Virus record (IMG/VR): IMGVR_UViG_3300045988_113040
Location: 1-32,972 of that record
Strand: one strand, 5' to 3'
Length of the DNA: 32,972 nt
DNA from: a virus
The translations under genes were made by a program, and so were the position numbers. This document shows positions 7,945 through 17,058 of this stretch, in pieces. Below the pieces are notes generated by a model. The model ran no database searches. It was not told the DNA's origin and worked only from the letters and a program-made list of their open reading frames with translations. How positions within the stretch are numbered: the stretch's first letter is position 1; each line of letters opens with the position of its first letter.

Positions 7945-8310
7945 ACACCTGCTGACCTAATTAGCGAACGTAATAATGCTAACAGTAAGCCGAATGTCAT
8001 GCGGCTTGCCGAATCGACATCAGTAATATCCGACGTGTTCGTCATTCCGCCTAACCAGACGTTGCGACTCACTGGATATTGCATGGGCTGGAATACTGGG
8101 AAATCTGGCACGCTCTTGATACAAGTTGTCTCACCGCAACAGAAAGTGTTGTCTGAGTTCGAGTGTGAGGTAGGCTCCCCGAAAACTTGGGGTTCATTTA
8201 GTCGGACGTTTACAACAGACGGAATACCGTTGGAATGCAGTGTCAAACTGACGAACAATGATTCCCCAGCAGCCTTGCTGTTCGACTCGCTCAGTCTTGT
8301 CAGTCCGTGA
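7945..8310 (+). pseudogene. CBM4_9-like jelly-roll segment in the same frame as 7585..7944, separated only by TAG 7942..7944. Either a readthrough module or a nonsense-truncated remnant
   Basis: NLIPNGNFDEGKVK-TAG-TPADLISER...TLRLTGYCMGW...WGSFSRTFTT...LLFDSLSLV reads as one domain. There is no SD before ATG 7999. Confidence 0.4.
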
Positions 8311-8318
8311 CCAACATA

Positions 8319-8342
8319 CCCCATGCCGACCACGGCGTGGGG
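8319..8342 (+). terminator. GC-rich hairpin, possible attenuator between the tube gene region and the chaperone genes
   Basis: CCCCATGCCG-ACCA-CGGCGTGGGG followed by a T/A-rich stretch. Confidence 0.3.
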
Positions 8343-8381
8343 TATACTTATATGGAAAAACGTTTCACGAAAGGAAGGCCA

Positions 8382-8666
8382 ATGGCAAAACGCAAGCCCA
8401 CCATCACCGCAGAAGACTTCAACGACAATTGGGGCGACGCCTACGCGAAACTCCTCCGCAACCGCAAATTCCAACAGGCCATCCACTCCGAAAAAGTCGA
8501 AGACGGCGTGGAAACCATCTGGCTTGTAGACAAGCTCATGCGCGGCGTGCTGAAGGAAAACAAGTACGAAGCGGTCATGAACGCATTCGATGATGACGTG
8601 CTCGACGCATGGGAATACCTCTCGGGAAAATTGCCAGCGCTTTTGGATTCACAGTCGAAAAACTGA
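8382..8666 (+). CDS. Tail assembly chaperone (gpG-like)
   Basis: ATG 8382 with GAAAGGAAGG upstream. It lies between the tube protein and the TMP and contains the slippery site. Confidence 0.7.
   Translation: MAKRKPTITAEDFNDNWGDAYAKLLRNRKFQQAIHSEKVEDGVETIWLVDKLMRGVLKENKYEAVMNAFDDDVLDAWEYLSGKLPALLDSQSKN
8624..8630 (+). promoter_or_regulatory. -1 programmed frameshift slippery heptamer G GGA AAA (G/GT)
   Basis: Zero frame is TCG GGA AAA TTG. The -1 frame continues IASAFGFTVEKL, matching track ORF 8609..8968. Confidence 0.75.
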
Positions 8667-8968
8667 CTTACGCGATAAACCCAGACAAGTGGGATAGCCA
8701 AATCTTGGCAGATTTCGCAAGCCAATACGGCAGTCCCAAAAACTACACCATCATAGAGAGAGCCAAACTCATAGGCACGTTCGGAGCGACGGCACGACTC
8801 TTGGACATCATCCAACAGTCAACCCTAGCCCCCTACAGCGGCAAGGGACGGAAACCGAAAAGCGTATTGCCGGAAAACCGGAAGAACACCAAGAAGGAGG
8901 ATTACGAACTCGATTCGATGAACACCGAAGACATCAACAAGGCGTTGGGTCTTCACCGAAAGGAATAG
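8630..8968 (+). CDS. Frameshift extension of the tail assembly chaperone (gpT-like part of GT)
   Basis: The -1 frame relative to 8382..8666 is open to TAG 8966..8968, immediately before the TMP start. Confidence 0.7.
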   Translation: MASAFGFTVEKLTYAINPDKWDSQILADFASQYGSPKNYTIIERAKLIGTFGATARLLDIIQQSTLAPYSGKGRKPKSVLPENRKNTKKEDYELDSMNTEDINKALGLHRKE

Positions 8969-8969
8969 G

Positions 8970-11900
8970 ATGGCAAAGGGCAGCATCGCAACCGCATGGA
9001 TACGGGTACTCCCATCATTGGAAGGCCTACAATCCGCATTGGTGAAAGCCAGCAAGGGCGCGGTGCTCACCCCCACCGTCCAACCAAAAATGTCAGGGAC
9101 GGAAAGCCGCATGTTCAAAGACAGCGGCACCGGCCTGTCATCCATCTTCTCAGGCTCGTTCGCCAAGAACCTCAACCTGCAAGGCGGTGTGAAGGGTGCG
9201 CTCAACGGCGTGTTCGCATCCTTCACCACAGGCGGACAGCGTTCCGCCAACGCCTTCGGCAACAGTTTCAGCAACCTCGACATCGGCAAATACCTGAACA
9301 CGGCGGCAGCCGTCGCCGGAATCGTATCAGTCTCCCACGCCGTCAAGAACGTGACCTCCAACGTCATCGAACTCGGCAACCAGTGGGGTCAAACCACCGC
9401 CATGCTGAAGAACGCGGTAGGCGACGCGGGCGACTATAAGACCTCTCTCGAAGATTCGCTGAAATATGCGAACGAGGTCGGCGTATCCACGGATGATTTC
9501 GTCCAGTCGGCATCCCGACTGCGCACGCTCGCGCCAGAAGTCGTAACCAATTACGGCGATGCGGCCAAGTTCACGAAACTGCTCGACATGAACATGGTCA
9601 GCACTGGCGCGTCCACTCAGGAAGCGTCCAGTGCCATGCGCCAGATTACACAGGCATTGGGCAAAGGCATCGTGAACGGCGATGAGTTGAATTCCATCAT
9701 GGAGAACTCGCCGCAAATCGCCCGAATGCTCGCCAAGCATCTCAACGTGTCCGTAGGCGAACTGAAACAGTTGGGCAAGGAAGGCTCCATCAGCGGCCAA
9801 GCCCTCTACGATACGGTGCTTGAAAACGCGGACGCCATCGAAAAGCAGTTCGACGCCATGCCCGTAACCGCAGACCGCGCATGGAACAGCATCAAGAACA
9901 CGGTCGGCGCAAGGTCGGCGGAAGCCGCCACGGCATTGTCCGCGAACCTCGGCAAAGCGCTGACCGCAATCTCCGATTCCGGCATGGCCGCCACCATAGG
10001 CGAAATGCTCGCAGGATTCGTGCCATTGTCGAACGCGGCCGCCACGTTGGCCTCGACGTTCGTCAACCAGCTCACACCAGCCGTCAACAAGGCATTCGAC
10101 CCGCAGCAGATAGAACGGTTCCTCGCACCGTTGACGAACCTTATCAGCGCCAACTCGCAGAATGTCAACATGCTGTCCAGTCTGGGAGATGTCCTCAACA
10201 CGGTAGGAACCATCGGAACCACCGTCTTCAGCCTCATGGTCGCTACGAACGACAGGTTCGCCTCCCGAATCCCGTTCATCGGCACCGCACTGGTCGGCGT
10301 GAAGAACGTGCTTATCGGATTGGGTTCGTCCTTCACGAACGCCTTCGGCAACGCCATATCCGCATCCTCCATCGTCATCGACAAGCTTGCCAGCGTGGCG
10401 GACGCCATGTCGAAAAGCGTCGACGAATCCATTAAGGTCGAAAACGCGCTCGGAAGGTTCAACGTCGCATACATTGACCTGCAGGATGATGCTCTCGGCT
10501 TCGGAGCCGACGCGGCCAAAGGATTCGCCATGGTGCAGGGCGCGGCAGAAAACCTGCGCAACGGCGTCGGACAGGTGTCCGGTAACATTTCCCTGCTGCG
10601 TTCCGGCCTGAACCAGATGGGCGATGCGGCAGAATCGTTGCCGCCCGAATTCCTGAAAGCCTTCGAAACGTTGAGTACGCAGGTGGACGTGGCGTCCGGC
10701 CAGAAGGCTCCGAAGCTCATTCAGGCGTTCAGGGACATTCGCATGGCCGCGGACGCCATCATAGTGGACTCCACTGCGTACAAGACGCTGGACTTGGCCG
10801 CACGGGACGCCGACATCTACCGCGACAAGCTCACGCAGGTCGGACGCGAACTCAAAGACCTCACCGGCCTGAACATTCCGAACGTGTTCCTCCCCTTGGT
10901 CGGCTCTGCAGTACAGGCGTCAGACCAAGCGATGATGGCATTCGGCAACCTGAAAACGGGACTCGCGAACATGGGTCACGATTTTACGAATGCTTGGAGT
11001 TTCGTCGGCGACGATTTCAAGGCGCTCGCCAACAGCATTTCCGACTCGTTCGCAACGAGGATTGAAGTGTTGAAGGCGGATGTCGAATCCGGGTTCGCCA
11101 TCATGGTGTCGAATGTGAAAGGCAAGGCGTCCGAATTCAAGACGGCGTTCGCGGAAATGATGGACACGACTGGCATCGGCGACGTCGTATCGAAGGTTTC
11201 AGGCGCATTCGACACCATGGTGGAAGGCGTGAAGTCGAAGGCGTCCGCCCTTGGCTCCATCCTGTACGAACCGTTGCAGGGAATGTCGGAAATCATTTCC
11301 AATGAGTTCGGCGGCAAGAATCCGTTCGCCCCGCTGGCCTCCGCCGCGAAGACGGTCAGCACCGGATTGAAGAGCACGTTCGGCGGAGCCGTCTCACGTC
11401 TCACGGGACGTTTCGCACCGTTCGCCGCCTCAGGAAAGGCCGCGTTCAATGCGGTCGGCTCCGCGGCGCTGAAAGTGTCTTCCGGCGCGTTGAAAGGTTT
11501 CGGCGCAGTCATGAATGGAGTCGGCGCGGCAATCGGCAAGATTGGCGGCATCGCATCATCCTTGGGCGTGACGGGCGCATTGTTCACCGGCCTGACTACA
11601 GGCTTCCAAACCCTATTCAAGCTCGACCCGTCCCAGATGACAGGCAAGTTCGACGAATGGCAGAAAAACCTCGACAATACGCTTACCGGCATCCAAACGA
11701 AACTGCCAGCCATGGCGAGCGCGTTCGCCGCAGCCCTACCGCAGATGGTGGCGAGCATCACCGCCGCATTGCCGGGCATCGCCAACGCGTTCATGAGCGT
11801 CGGACAGACGCTCGCACCAGCGTTGATGACGATACTGCCGCAAATCACCCAAGCGTTCTCCGACATGTTCGCCCAACTGCCCGCTTTCATCGCCACCTAC

Positions 11901-12971
11901 GGCCAGCCGATGCTGGAATCGTTCGGCACGCTGTTCGCCACACTCGCCGGACAGATTCCGTCGCTCATGACCTCACTCGGTCAGTCGTTGGTGGCCGGTA
12001 TTCAGGCCGCATTCAGCGCCATCAGCGACAATAGCGCGGCGATTGCCGGATTCGTCAGCGGATTCGGCGCATCATTGGCTTCCGGCATCCAAACGTTGGG
12101 TTCCACCGTGGTGGCCGCGCTACCGTCCATCGGACAGAGCATCGCCACCGCACTGCCGACGCTGATTCCAGCCTTGATGTCCGCCATCACCAGCGTGATA
12201 ACCTCACTGGCCGCAGCACTGCCGGGCATCGCCGTAGCCATCATCAACCAGCTGCCAGCCGTCATCGGCGGCTTGGTGACCGGCATCATCAACGGTCTGC
12301 CGATGCTGTTGAACGCCTTCGTCAGCATTGTGACCAGCATCGCCGCGAACTTCCCGAGCATTTTCATGGCCGTCGTTCGCGCGATTCCGGCGATTATCTC
12401 TAACATCGCCCAACCGTTCGCCGGATTGGGTGGTCAGATTCTTGGCTTCATCAGAAGCATTCCGGACAAAATCATGGACCTGTTCGCCGATGCCGGCTCG
12501 TGGCTGCTGGACTCCGGCGCGGCGTTGATGGACGGTTTCAAACAGGGTATTCTCAACGCGGTCGAAAACGTGAAGAGCGCGGTGAAGGGCGCGTTGCAGA
12601 AGGTTCGAGACTTCTTCCCGTTCTCTCCTGCTAAGGTCGGCCCGTTCTCCGGCTCCGGCTACACGTCCGTGTCTGGCGAGCATCTTATGCGTGACTTCGG
12701 CAAGGCCATCGGCGCTCAAGGCACGTTCGTGCGCGGTCAGGTCGATGACGTGCTGAGTTCGTTGGATTTCGACCAAATCAGTCCATACGACTTTGGCGTG
12801 GTGTCGAAGCCGCGGCTTACCGACTATACTGGTAAGGTAGCGGCGGCACAGCCCACTGGCGGCGTCCACATCGACAATGTGGTCGCAAGCCCGTTGAGCG
12901 ACGTGGAACTGGTGGCCCGCCGATTCGGATACGCTTTGAACAATGAGATGATTGGAAGTGTCAGACCTTGA
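8970..12971 (+). CDS. Tape measure protein
   Basis: 1333 aa, Ala/Gly/Ser-rich. Contains the tape-measure motif NGDELNSIMENSPQIARMLAKHLNVSVGELKQLGKEGSISG. Confidence 0.9.
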   Translation: MAKGSIATAWIRVLPSLEGLQSALVKASKGAVLTPTVQPKMSGTESRMFKDSGTGLSSIFSGSFAKNLNLQGGVKGALNGVFASFTTGGQRSANAFGNSFSNLDIGKYLNTAAAVAGIVSVSHAVKNVTSNVIELGNQWGQTTAMLKNAVGDAGDYKTSLEDSLKYANEVGVSTDDFVQSASRLRTLAPEVVTNYGDAAKFTKLLDMNMVSTGASTQEASSAMRQITQALGKGIVNGDELNSIMENSPQIARMLAKHLNVSVGELKQLGKEGSISGQALYDTVLENADAIEKQFDAMPVTADRAWNSIKNTVGARSAEAATALSANLGKALTAISDSGMAATIGEMLAGFVPLSNAAATLASTFVNQLTPAVNKAFDPQQIERFLAPLTNLISANSQNVNMLSSLGDVLNTVGTIGTTVFSLMVATNDRFASRIPFIGTALVGVKNVLIGLGSSFTNAFGNAISASSIVIDKLASVADAMSKSVDESIKVENALGRFNVAYIDLQDDALGFGADAAKGFAMVQGAAENLRNGVGQVSGNISLLRSGLNQMGDAAESLPPEFLKAFETLSTQVDVASGQKAPKLIQAFRDIRMAADAIIVDSTAYKTLDLAARDADIYRDKLTQVGRELKDLTGLNIPNVFLPLVGSAVQASDQAMMAFGNLKTGLANMGHDFTNAWSFVGDDFKALANSISDSFATRIEVLKADVESGFAIMVSNVKGKASEFKTAFAEMMDTTGIGDVVSKVSGAFDTMVEGVKSKASALGSILYEPLQGMSEIISNEFGGKNPFAPLASAAKTVSTGLKSTFGGAVSRLTGRFAPFAASGKAAFNAVGSAALKVSSGALKGFGAVMNGVGAAIGKIGGIASSLGVTGALFTGLTTGFQTLFKLDPSQMTGKFDEWQKNLDNTLTGIQTKLPAMASAFAAALPQMVASITAALPGIANAFMSVGQTLAPALMTILPQITQAFSDMFAQLPAFIATYGQPMLESFGTLFATLAGQIPSLMTSLGQSLVAGIQAAFSAISDNSAAIAGFVSGFGASLASGIQTLGSTVVAALPSIGQSIATALPTLIPALMSAITSVITSLAAALPGIAVAIINQLPAVIGGLVTGIINGLPMLLNAFVSIVTSIAANFPSIFMAVVRAIPAIISNIAQPFAGLGGQILGFIRSIPDKIMDLFADAGSWLLDSGAALMDGFKQGILNAVENVKSAVKGALQKVRDFFPFSPAKVGPFSGSGYTSVSGEHLMRDFGKAIGAQGTFVRGQVDDVLSSLDFDQISPYDFGVVSKPRLTDYTGKVAAAQPTGGVHIDNVVASPLSDVELVARRFGYALNNEMIGSVRP

Positions 12972-13801
12972 GCACCATAACCGTCACCGTGGGCGACATC
13001 ACCTTACATGGCGACGCAGGATATGATTTCACGCTAACCTCCATCAGCGGGTTCGATGACCTGCCGTCCGCCAAAACCGAGCAGGACGCTTGGCCTAGGG
13101 CAGACGGCAACGCCATGCCCGGCACCACCTATTATGACGGGCGCACCATCACCGTCGAAGGCTATTATGCTACGTCTTCGGTGGAAGACACCGATTTGAT
13201 GATGCGCCGCCTCCGTGGCATGGCCGGACGTTTGGTGACGGTGACGGTGCAGAAAGGCAACGCAACCGCCTTGCATTGCGACGCGGAAGTACGGTCCATG
13301 ACCGTGGACGAATACCGGTATCGTGGCAAGGCTGCGTTTCAAATCGGCCTTCTGGCACCATCCCCATATCTGCTCGCACCATTACGGGCGGCCACCACTG
13401 GCGTGCCGACCGATGGCGTCGGCATTCTCGACCCGCTGACCGCCCCGTTGACGGAAGGCGAAGTGGGCAATCCGGGACGAGTCGCCATCACCGGCTCCGG
13501 TTTCGCGCCGACGCATCTTGTCGTGAAAATCGGAGGCGGACTGTCCGAAGGTGTACGCATCCACTGCGTCGAAACCGGCGAAGCCATCGAATTCCACCGT
13601 CAAATCAACCCCGACGAAACGATGGTGTTCGACTTCGACGATGAGCGAGTCCTGTTTCAGAACCAGTCGGATTTGAGCATGTTCCTGACCGAAGAGAACT
13701 GGTTCCGCCCAACCGGAGACTGCACCATCCAGTTCACGCCATTGGGCGTCCAATCCGGTACACCTACCATGACTGTCGAATGGAATGAGGCGTGGCGATG
13801 A
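12968..13801 (+). CDS. Distal tail protein (Dit-like)
   Basis: It lies directly after the TMP. TTG overlaps the TGA. 277 aa, beta-rich. Confidence 0.6.
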   Translation: MSTITVTVGDITLHGDAGYDFTLTSISGFDDLPSAKTEQDAWPRADGNAMPGTTYYDGRTITVEGYYATSSVEDTDLMMRRLRGMAGRLVTVTVQKGNATALHCDAEVRSMTVDEYRYRGKAAFQIGLLAPSPYLLAPLRAATTGVPTDGVGILDPLTAPLTEGEVGNPGRVAITGSGFAPTHLVVKIGGGLSEGVRIHCVETGEAIEFHRQINPDETMVFDFDDERVLFQNQSDLSMFLTEENWFRPTGDCTIQFTPLGVQSGTPTMTVEWNEAWR

Positions 13802-14985
13802 AAGTGTATCTTGCCGACCTGCTGACCGGACGCCGCATCATCCCATTGCCGCATGTTTCCGCAGAGTGGGAGATGAAGCTGAACGATACGGATTCACTGA
13901 CTGTGAAGGTGCCGATTTACGCAAGCTCGGATGACACGAGGTTGCAGTATGTCGCGAACGACGCCCGTATGCTTGACCTGCGCAATACCGCCGCCATCGG
14001 CAAGACGGTCATGGTGGCTGAGGATGACGGGCTTGCCGTGGGCGGCGTGCTCATGCGCCGCGAATATGACGCTGATTCGGGAACGCTCACCCTCGTCGCG
14101 TCGGGCATGTGGACGTATTTTGACCATAGGACGATACTGCCGGCGAAGGCGAAAGGCAAGAGCCTTATCAGACCGGACGGTTCGCCCGACCCTCAATATG
14201 ACACTTCCTATAGGAACGTGACTTGGAATACGGTCGCACGCAATCTCGTCGAACAGGCGATGAGCTGGCCCCATAGCAGCGTGCCAGTCGTGTTGGAGGC
14301 TCCTGAAACCGGCAAGTCCGAAGCGAACTATCAGGCGGTTGACCTCAACTATGTTGGCGAAGTGCTGACGAACATCACGAACCATCAGAACGGCTGCGAC
14401 ATCGGATTCTTCCCCATGCGCACCGCTGACGGATTGGGTTACGAATGGCATATGAAGACCGGGCATCCGCTGCTTGGCAGCGAAACCCACTATTTCAGCG
14501 CTTCAGCCATGCAACCGGGCATCGCCTCGTTGTCCGCCACTGATGACGGCGACAAGCTCGCCTCCCTGCAATGGTTCACGTCGGGCAAGTCGGACGATAA
14601 GACGCTCGTCGCTTCAGCCTATACGGACATTCTGGAGAAGGCCGGAGCGCCAGTCTGGGAGAGCGTGGATTCCAGCCATTCGACGGTCAAATTGCAGAAC
14701 ACGCTTCAGGCGTATGCGAACGAGGCTGCTGCTATCTACTGGCAGCCGGTGTCGTCCACTGAGGCGAAAGTGCATCGCGGATATCTGCATTCCGTGAATC
14801 AGACGCTCGCCAACTATACGGTAGGTGATTACATTCGGTTCACGACGAAAGGCGACTGGTATTATGTGGATGGCGCGCACACGCGGCGCATCACCGGCAT
14901 CAAAGCCGATGAAAGCTCGAATTGGATTACGTTCACGTTGGGTGACGTGTTCGACGGTGTGAAAGTGACGGTGGACAATGGTTGA
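13798..14985 (+). CDS. Tail tip/minor tail protein (Tal-like)
   Basis: ATGA overlap with the Dit stop. Call rests on position and size (395 aa). Confidence 0.5.
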   Translation: MKVYLADLLTGRRIIPLPHVSAEWEMKLNDTDSLTVKVPIYASSDDTRLQYVANDARMLDLRNTAAIGKTVMVAEDDGLAVGGVLMRREYDADSGTLTLVASGMWTYFDHRTILPAKAKGKSLIRPDGSPDPQYDTSYRNVTWNTVARNLVEQAMSWPHSSVPVVLEAPETGKSEANYQAVDLNYVGEVLTNITNHQNGCDIGFFPMRTADGLGYEWHMKTGHPLLGSETHYFSASAMQPGIASLSATDDGDKLASLQWFTSGKSDDKTLVASAYTDILEKAGAPVWESVDSSHSTVKLQNTLQAYANEAAAIYWQPVSSTEAKVHRGYLHSVNQTLANYTVGDYIRFTTKGDWYYVDGAHTRRITGIKADESSNWITFTLGDVFDGVKVTVDNG

Positions 14986-15739
14986 CGAGATTGTCGTGCA
15001 TCAGGGAGAGTCGGCTGACGGCATCGCTCCAGTGGCCGAAGACGACGAAATGGTCATCGACGTGAAGAATCCAGCTCAGGCCACCAACAAGCTCGTAGCC
15101 ACGTTGAACGAGTATGGTCGCCGGTTGCGTGAACTGGAAAGGCCGTCAGGCTCCCAGCTTACTCAGGCTATTCAGAAGGTGTTGGACATCAGTGAGAACA
15201 TCGACCAGACGGTGACCGCATCAATCAACAGGAACTCGTATGACCGTGCGACCATCGACCAAAAGTGCAATGCGTGGAATTGGGGCGTCCTATCGCAGGG
15301 ACGCGGCGGCACGAATACGACGAACGCCTATGCCAACCTGTTTTCCGTAGGCTCGTGGCGTGCCGTGTGGGCATTGTCCGATGGCACGTTGGGAACGGCC
15401 CAGTCATCCCGCAAGGTGAAGCAGGATTTCATGATGCCGGACATCACGTTGGAACAGATGCGTGCCGTCGATTGGACTCTCTACCGTTACATCGACGACG
15501 TGAACCAGCGCGGCGATAGTGCGAACGTGCATTTGGGCATGATTGCCGAAGATTTGGACGATAACGGCTTGGGCTTGTTCGTCGAGTATAATGATGATTA
15601 CGAGCCGTGCGGCATCAACTATCCGATGCTCGGCGTGTGGGCGATACATGAGGCCCATCTCGCCCATGACCGTATCGACGAATTGGAATCGCGCCTGAAG
15701 GCGCTGGAAGGAAAGATTGATAATGGCATTGAGGAATAG
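14978..15739 (+). CDS. Tail fibre protein with a C-terminal intramolecular chaperone (peptidase S74-like) domain
   Basis: SSRKVKQDF...HLGMIAEDL...INYPMLGVWAIHEAHLAHDRIDELESRLKALE follows the S74 autoproteolytic chaperone pattern. Confidence 0.65.
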   Translation: MVDEIVVHQGESADGIAPVAEDDEMVIDVKNPAQATNKLVATLNEYGRRLRELERPSGSQLTQAIQKVLDISENIDQTVTASINRNSYDRATIDQKCNAWNWGVLSQGRGGTNTTNAYANLFSVGSWRAVWALSDGTLGTAQSSRKVKQDFMMPDITLEQMRAVDWTLYRYIDDVNQRGDSANVHLGMIAEDLDDNGLGLFVEYNDDYEPCGINYPMLGVWAIHEAHLAHDRIDELESRLKALEGKIDNGIEE

Positions 15740-16673
15740 TATCTTCGCAGTGTCCGGGAAAGCGTCGTTTATGGATGCGCGACGCGACATGAGCGGCCTG
15801 TTCGTCTGCGATAAGACCACGATGCTGCCGATTGCCGGCATTCTCGACCGTTCGCAGGACAATCTCGTCACCGGTAACAGTAATTCCATGAGCGTGACGG
15901 TGCATCCGTTCAACGCGATATTGAACCGTTATGGCGCGCTGCTTATCCAGAATGATGGAAACGTGAACGTGCAGCTGGCTGCGGCTCCGTCCGCTAACTC
16001 GCGTATCGACGTCGTGTATGTGAAGCAGAACGAGACGCGCTCGCCAATGTCGGATAGTTCGGACGTTCCGGCGTTCGGTGTGGTTAAGGGTACGGCTGCC
16101 GCCGTGCCGGTCGCACCGGCTGTTCCGGCTGGCGCTTTGGCTTTGGCACAGGTGCTGCTTCCGGCTGGCGTGTCGAACACGGCTGCGTCCGGCGTGGTCA
16201 TCACGCAGACGTATATTGGTGCGGCCATGAAGGGCGACATGCTGCGGGTACAGACTTCCGACCAGCGTGACGCTCTGACTGGTGTGCCTGAAGGCACGCT
16301 GCTGCATAATGTGGCCGATAATTGCGATTATGTCAGAAAAGGTGGTAAGTGGCGTGGGTGGAACATGCCGTGGAGGGATATTCACCTCGACAAGAATACC
16401 GCGAACGTGTGGGCTTCCAATGGTACTGCGCACATCTACGTTCAGACTACTGACATCGACCTTACCGGCTGGGGGTCGTATGTGACCGTCGCGCATGTGA
16501 GCAACAGCGCCTTCTGTCCAGACATCCAACAAGGCATTAATGCGTGTACTGGAAATAGCTATTTCCCGACGTTTTTGGGCATCTACCCCGATGGAGATGT
16601 GAAAATCGGATACGCTGGCGGTCAGGTTGGAAAACGTTCCGTATTGTCCGTGCTCACTTACAATATCGGCTAG
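15723..16673 (+). CDS. Receptor-binding/minor tail protein, with a constant part to 16338 and the current variable C-terminus at 16339..16673
   Basis: ATG 15723 with GGAAGGAAAG 7 nt upstream. It is the last tail gene and contains the left inverted repeat in frame (ADNCDYVR). Confidence 0.55.
   Translation: MALRNSIFAVSGKASFMDARRDMSGLFVCDKTTMLPIAGILDRSQDNLVTGNSNSMSVTVHPFNAILNRYGALLIQNDGNVNVQLAAAPSANSRIDVVYVKQNETRSPMSDSSDVPAFGVVKGTAAAVPVAPAVPAGALALAQVLLPAGVSNTAASGVVITQTYIGAAMKGDMLRVQTSDQRDALTGVPEGTLLHNVADNCDYVRKGGKWRGWNMPWRDIHLDKNTANVWASNGTAHIYVQTTDIDLTGWGSYVTVAHVSNSAFCPDIQQGINACTGNSYFPTFLGIYPDGDVKIGYAGGQVGKRSVLSVLTYNIG
16314..16338 (+). repeat. Left arm of a perfect 25-bp inverted repeat, GCCGATAATTGCGATTATGTCAGAA
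   Basis: Exact reverse complement occurs at 17020..17044. Internal dyad is ATAAT-TGCG-ATTAT. Confidence 0.9.
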
Positions 16674-17019
16674 GCTCTCCACTCCCTGCACTGCCATCCT
16701 CCGGTCACGCCGGAGTATATGCTGTTAGTGTTGCCCAGCATGATGATTTCACCATTGGGGCGTACGAAATTGCACCAGTTGGCGTTGACTGCAGCCACTA
16801 CACCAAAGTTGATGGCGGTGGGACTATCCCCGTAGGGTCGCCATCCGGCCGGAACGGTTTCATTCGCAAGAGCGTGATTCTGTTGGTTTGAACTATCGTA
16901 TTTTACACTGCCGCCCACGATGACCGTATCCCATTCGCGTGAGAGCCACCACGTATCCTTGGTGAATGGCGCCTTCACGCTAATGATGTCCCTCGTCTTG
17001 GCCCACTTGCCGCTTGGAG
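16339..17019. mobile_element. Putative invertible segment (G-segment-like) carrying two convergent alternative RBP C-termini
   Basis: Bounded by the 25-bp inverted repeats. Both cassettes are in the same codon phase relative to the repeat, and their stops overlap in CTAG at 16670..16673. Confidence 0.5.
16670..17019 (-). CDS. Startless alternative RBP C-terminal cassette (about 116 codons) on the opposite strand
   Basis: Minus frame reads ADNCDYVR-TPSGKWAKTRDIISVKAPFTKDTWW... The track starts it at GTG 16978. No start codon or SD lies at or before the repeat. Confidence 0.5.
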
Positions 17020-17044
17020 TTCTGACATAATCGCAATTATCGGC
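17020..17044 (-). repeat. Right arm of the 25-bp inverted repeat
   Basis: The plus strand TTCTGACATAATCGCAATTATCGGC is the reverse complement of 16314..16338. Confidence 0.9.
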
Positions 17045-17050
17045 TATAAT
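17022..17050 (+). promoter_or_regulatory. Candidate promoter for the lysis cassette giving a leaderless or near-leaderless mRNA
   Basis: CTGACA, 17 nt spacer, TATAAT. ATG 17059 lies 8 nt after the -10 with no SD. Confidence 0.4.
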
Positions 17051-17058
17051 AGTGCCAT

